Shown here: positions 27,076 through 30,562 of the stretch, piece by piece
Position numbering within the stretch: the stretch's first letter is position 1
Layout: the number at the start of each line of letters is the position of its first letter
Virus record (IMG/VR): IMGVR_UViG_3300037408_000578
Span: 1 to 30,562 of that record
DNA length: 30,562 nucleotides
Strand: one strand, 5' to 3'
DNA from: a virus
Lineage: Duplodnaviria; Caudoviricetes
Notes under the pieces: generated by a model
The model's input: only the letters and a program-made list of their open reading frames with translations
Databases searched by the model: none
Told to the model about the DNA's origin: nothing
Program-made: the position numbers and the translations under genes

Positions 27076-28737
27076 TCACATCTCTTCTTCTGGAGGAGCA
27101 GTAGATTTAATAGGGTCTACTTTCTCACCTTTATTTATTTTAATCACATTTTTAGTCATAGCTTCACTAGCTATATCAGGGACATTAACACCCATCATTC
27201 TAAAGAGATAATTAAATAACTTAGATTTATCAATATAATCCCCAAACTCGGTCATTACAGTAGTGAGAGAATCAAATACAGATACATGAGCCATAAAATC
27301 CTCGATTTTAGTAGAATCTTCAGCAGAAGAAACAGCTTTCATATCTACCTTAAAATTATCTACCTCATCAAGTCTTCCCCTATACCTTAAATAGTTATTA
27401 CAAAGCTCTTTTACACCTCTATTTAAGATGTTTTGTGCTCTTTGTACATTTCTTGCATATCTTATATCCAATTTGACTAGACTATTATTTCCCATAGAAC
27501 CAGGAAGCGACTCCTCAAATCCAAGATATACTTTTGGAGTCTTAATAGTAGCAAATTCCTTGTTTCGGAAGTAGTCAATATCTACAATAGATTTAACATC
27601 TACACTTTCGTTTACGGATTCTATTACTATATCTCCTTTTCCTTCTCTTACTGGTATATACACATTAGAATTAACGGGTATGGGACTAGGGTCTGTTCTC
27701 ATACCTTTACCTTTATTAATTTTAGTTGAACCTTCTACTCTCCTTCTAACATCCATTAATATTTCTTGTGTTTTTGAGGGAGATGAGTTACCAACTTCAA
27801 CTTTAACTAAATTATATTGAGTAGATCTAGCTACTCTGGACATAATGAGCATATTATCTAAAAGATTTACTATACGGTAGATATATCGAGCGTTATCTAC
27901 TAATGATGTTCCTGATACTTTGTAGCAAGTAATCTCACTGGCTTCTTTAGGAGTTTCTGAGTCTTTAGATTCTGTAGTTGTTGTAGTTTTTTTATTAGAT
28001 ATTTTTACTTTTATCTTTTTCCTATTAGGGAGTTTTGTGCTAAGGAAGTGTACAAAGGCTTCTTTAGACTCAAGGGTATTAGCTCCGTCCTCAGTATCAA
28101 GGTATCCAAGAACATTACCTAAGTATTCAATTCTGAATACTTTATAAGCTTCTGTAACATTTTCATAGTAGACGGATTTCACATTATCTTTACCTTTAAA
28201 CTCCATACGTCTTAGTTTAAAGTCACCATGTTTTACGATTTCAAAAGCCCATTCCCAGATACGATTTTCAATATTAACATTTTGTGTCAAGAAAGTATTT
28301 AAAAATTCCGCTGTTTTAGGGTTTTCTGAGGATATACTTACAATTTTGTTTATTGAAGGTTCGACCATACAACAATCATCAGCCATTAGCTCCATAGCAG
28401 ATCCTATTATAGTATCTTTAGCCATATCCTCATTTTCTTTATAGGTTTCTGTTTCATTGTAGCTAAGTTTAAGAGAGTCTAATAGGCTACTAAGTTTAAT
28501 TTCATTAGAGTCTATCATTTTCTTTAAATCTGTGGGGGAGGTATATATAACAGATTCTGTGATACCGACTACTTCAGATTGACCTAGCATTTCAGAATTT
28601 GTTATATCTGTAACAATACTTTCTACAACCTGAGGTCTATTTGACTCTTCTTGAATAAATTCTTGGTAAGAATCTTCAATAATATTTTCATCTTTCTGAC
28701 CTATAGAGAGTTTATAACCAAACAAATTAAATTCCAT
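27076..28737 (-). CDS. portal protein, T4 gp20-like
   Basis: LDNMLIMSRVARSTQYNLVKVEVGN (cf. gp20 IYRITRAPDRRVWYVDTGN), YIPVREGKG, DIDYFRNK...KTPKVYLG; follows terminase; GGAGG RBS. Confidence 0.88.
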   Translation of the reverse strand: MEFNLFGYKLSIGQKDENIIEDSYQEFIQEESNRPQVVESIVTDITNSEMLGQSEVVGITESVIYTSPTDLKKMIDSNEIKLSSLLDSLKLSYNETETYKENEDMAKDTIIGSAMELMADDCCMVEPSINKIVSISSENPKTAEFLNTFLTQNVNIENRIWEWAFEIVKHGDFKLRRMEFKGKDNVKSVYYENVTEAYKVFRIEYLGNVLGYLDTEDGANTLESKEAFVHFLSTKLPNRKKIKVKISNKKTTTTTESKDSETPKEASEITCYKVSGTSLVDNARYIYRIVNLLDNMLIMSRVARSTQYNLVKVEVGNSSPSKTQEILMDVRRRVEGSTKINKGKGMRTDPSPIPVNSNVYIPVREGKGDIVIESVNESVDVKSIVDIDYFRNKEFATIKTPKVYLGFEESLPGSMGNNSLVKLDIRYARNVQRAQNILNRGVKELCNNYLRYRGRLDEVDNFKVDMKAVSSAEDSTKIEDFMAHVSVFDSLTTVMTEFGDYIDKSKLFNYLFRMMGVNVPDIASEAMTKNVIKINKGEKVDPIKSTAPPEEEM

Positions 28738-28752
28738 ATTACATCCTCCAGT

Positions 28753-30562
28753 CTAAAAATCATCCATCATTCTATCTAACTCATTTTCTACAAGATGGTC
28801 TACAGTAATACCACCTCTTATATTATTCCCATACATATCATATATAACAGGAGTATTAGCTCTGAGAAAATCTTGTATCCCATCACCAAGAGTATTTTCT
28901 TGAAAAGTTGATTGTAAGGCATTTTCTATAGCTCCACAAAGACTATCACTAACGTCTTTTCGACCTAAAGTTCCATCAGCCAAAGTTTTAGGATGATCTA
29001 CTTTTCTTCGTCTTCTATCATGTAGTACTGTAAATAACTCTTCTTTAAGGGGTTCATACTCATACATTTCTATACGTTCCTCATATAATAGGGTTACTGT
29101 ATCCACATAAGCTTTATCATTTCTATCCACAGATTGGTATCCTACATTGTATCCCATTTCCTCTAAGATTTGTCTTGATTCCTCAGAATTAAAAATATCA
29201 TAGGTAACTTTCCCTAGTTTGAGTTTTCTTACTACATTGAGATACACAATAAAATCTCTCACTTTGTATATGGCTATTCTTCTAGGAGGTTTTGGAGGTT
29301 CTATTCTAAGCATGAAGTCTACACCTATAATAGGTTTTTTCATATTATCTTTTTCGACAATATCCTTAATAAAGACACATGATATACCTGTAAAGTCATT
29401 AACTAATGATTGGTCAATATGAAGATATCTAGGTTTATCAGGATATTGAAACATATAATCTCTTTTTAGATAGTCCTGTATTTTTATAGTATCCCCTGTA
29501 GAAATTACAATAGACTCACTAACAAAAGGGTGGCTCATATAATCCCTACAATTTGCTAAGAATACTGGCTTAGATGTAAAAAGTCTTCCTGTATGAGCAA
29601 CAGACACACCACCCATATCCTGTAGGGATTTAATTATATTAGATTCAAATCCATTTTTTAATTCTACAGGTACGGTTAAGAAATCACTTTTTTTAAACTC
29701 AGGTAAGTTTTCTAATTCTTTCTTTATCTCATCTAAATCAGAACTACCAGAAGTACCCAAAGATTTTGGAAGACTTTCTGATATTTTATACTGGTCTATG
29801 TCATCTATAGTATTTACTATAAAAGGTTCTAAGAAATTTGTACCTTTACAAATATAAAAAAACTTACCTGAGAATTTTTCTGGTTTAACTTCCCACTGTG
29901 TAGGGCTTCTAACGATAGTATGAGGGTTATCTAAAGCAAGAGCGATTCTTTGTTCGGTGAAAGAGGATTCGTGTGTAGAAGATGATATAAGAATGTTAAG
30001 GGAATAATTAATACCACCTTGTACTATAAATCTAGAATTGGAACGATTAACTATACTAGAGTATAATTCTGATACTTTACTATTTTCAACTTCACCACTA
30101 CCTCTAAAAAAGTTAGCTTCATCAAGAATACTTCCTAAAACGGACATACCTATACTATCCTGAGTACCAGAACCAAAGGCAAATAATACATTTTCAGGAA
30201 ATAGTATCATACTATCTAGTCTTTGTACTCTTTTAAAATGCTCATTAAAATAAGGAGAAGAATCTATCCAAGACCTCATTTCTCCAAAACCAGTACGCTC
30301 AGCCTGAGTTTTATTAACACTAAAATAAAGTAGGGTTATATGTGTTTTAATCATGAGTTCAAATAGGGCATTGATATTCTCATAGCATGACAACTCATAA
30401 ATTTTTCTTAAAAATATTAACTCTCCTATAGTGCTTTTTCCTGTTCCTATTGAGCCACTTAAAATGACCTCTGTAATACGGTTTTCGGGAGTTCTTTTAG
30501 AATCAAAAATATCAGCTAATAAGTCCTTCCAATAGTCATATATTCTTACAGCATCAGGTCCT
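28753..30562 (-). CDS. terL: terminase large subunit, 5' end outside window
   Basis: The frame stays open upstream of 30393 to the window edge and contains Walker A LSGSIGTGKST (about 30430-30462); Walker B SILDEANF; motif III ISSS; nuclease HIDQS, TYD, DHP...KDVSDS. Confidence 0.93.
   Translation of the reverse strand, partial: GPDAVRIYDYWKDLLADIFDSKRTPENRITEVILSGSIGTGKSTIGELIFLRKIYELSCYENINALFELMIKTHITLLYFSVNKTQAERTGFGEMRSWIDSSPYFNEHFKRVQRLDSMILFPENVLFAFGSGTQDSIGMSVLGSILDEANFFRGSGEVENSKVSELYSSIVNRSNSRFIVQGGINYSLNILISSSTHESSFTEQRIALALDNPHTIVRSPTQWEVKPEKFSGKFFYICKGTNFLEPFIVNTIDDIDQYKISESLPKSLGTSGSSDLDEIKKELENLPEFKKSDFLTVPVELKNGFESNIIKSLQDMGGVSVAHTGRLFTSKPVFLANCRDYMSHPFVSESIVISTGDTIKIQDYLKRDYMFQYPDKPRYLHIDQSLVNDFTGISCVFIKDIVEKDNMKKPIIGVDFMLRIEPPKPPRRIAIYKVRDFIVYLNVVRKLKLGKVTYDIFNSEESRQILEEMGYNVGYQSVDRNDKAYVDTVTLLYEERIEMYEYEPLKEELFTVLHDRRRRKVDHPKTLADGTLGRKDVSDSLCGAIENALQSTFQENTLGDGIQDFLRANTPVIYDMYGNNIRGGITVDHLVENELDRMMDDF

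Noticed and set aside
2882-29422. All plus-strand ORFs in the track (e.g. 2882, 4705, 5283, 11898, 12177, 13271, 16437, 16857, 24597, 24858, 25347, 29219)
   Set aside because: Antisense shadows of long, often motif-bearing minus-strand genes; Ser/Phe/Leu-rich and no recognisable domains.
30391-30393. TTG at 30393 as terminase start
   Set aside because: The frame is open upstream to the window edge and Walker A lies 5' of this codon.
1-30562. Stop-codon reassignment, tRNA genes, CRISPR arrays
   Set aside because: Standard code 11 gives dense, intact genes ending in TAA, TAG and TGA; the short intergenic gaps show no cloverleaf or repeat-spacer pattern by eye.

Overview
AT-rich window from a large tailed dsDNA phage with a T4-like head module. 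Strong AGGAGG-type RBSs, a consensus sigmaA/sigma70 promoter and a DnaD-like protein suggest a Firmicutes host (inference). All credible genes are on the minus strand. In transcription order from the right end: terminase large subunit (5'-truncated by the window), gp20-like portal, a small ORF, a SWIM zinc-finger protein split by a mini-intein, two apparently paralogous unknown proteins and another unknown. Next comes a tandem double-AAA+ (MoxR-type) ATPase / HExxH metallopeptidase / repeat-linker vWA system embedded in the head cluster, then a gp21-like prohead protease fused to a coiled-coil scaffold. The gp23-like major capsid gene is interrupted by a group I intron carrying a PD-(D/E)XK endonuclease, and is followed by a gp13-like neck protein and probable internal head proteins. 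The left end holds a stand-alone promoter-gene-terminator unit and a replication/accessory block (DnaD-like, 5'-3' exonuclease, second vWA protein, NADAR, small Cys-rich ORFs). All family calls come from motif recognition by eye; no database search was run.
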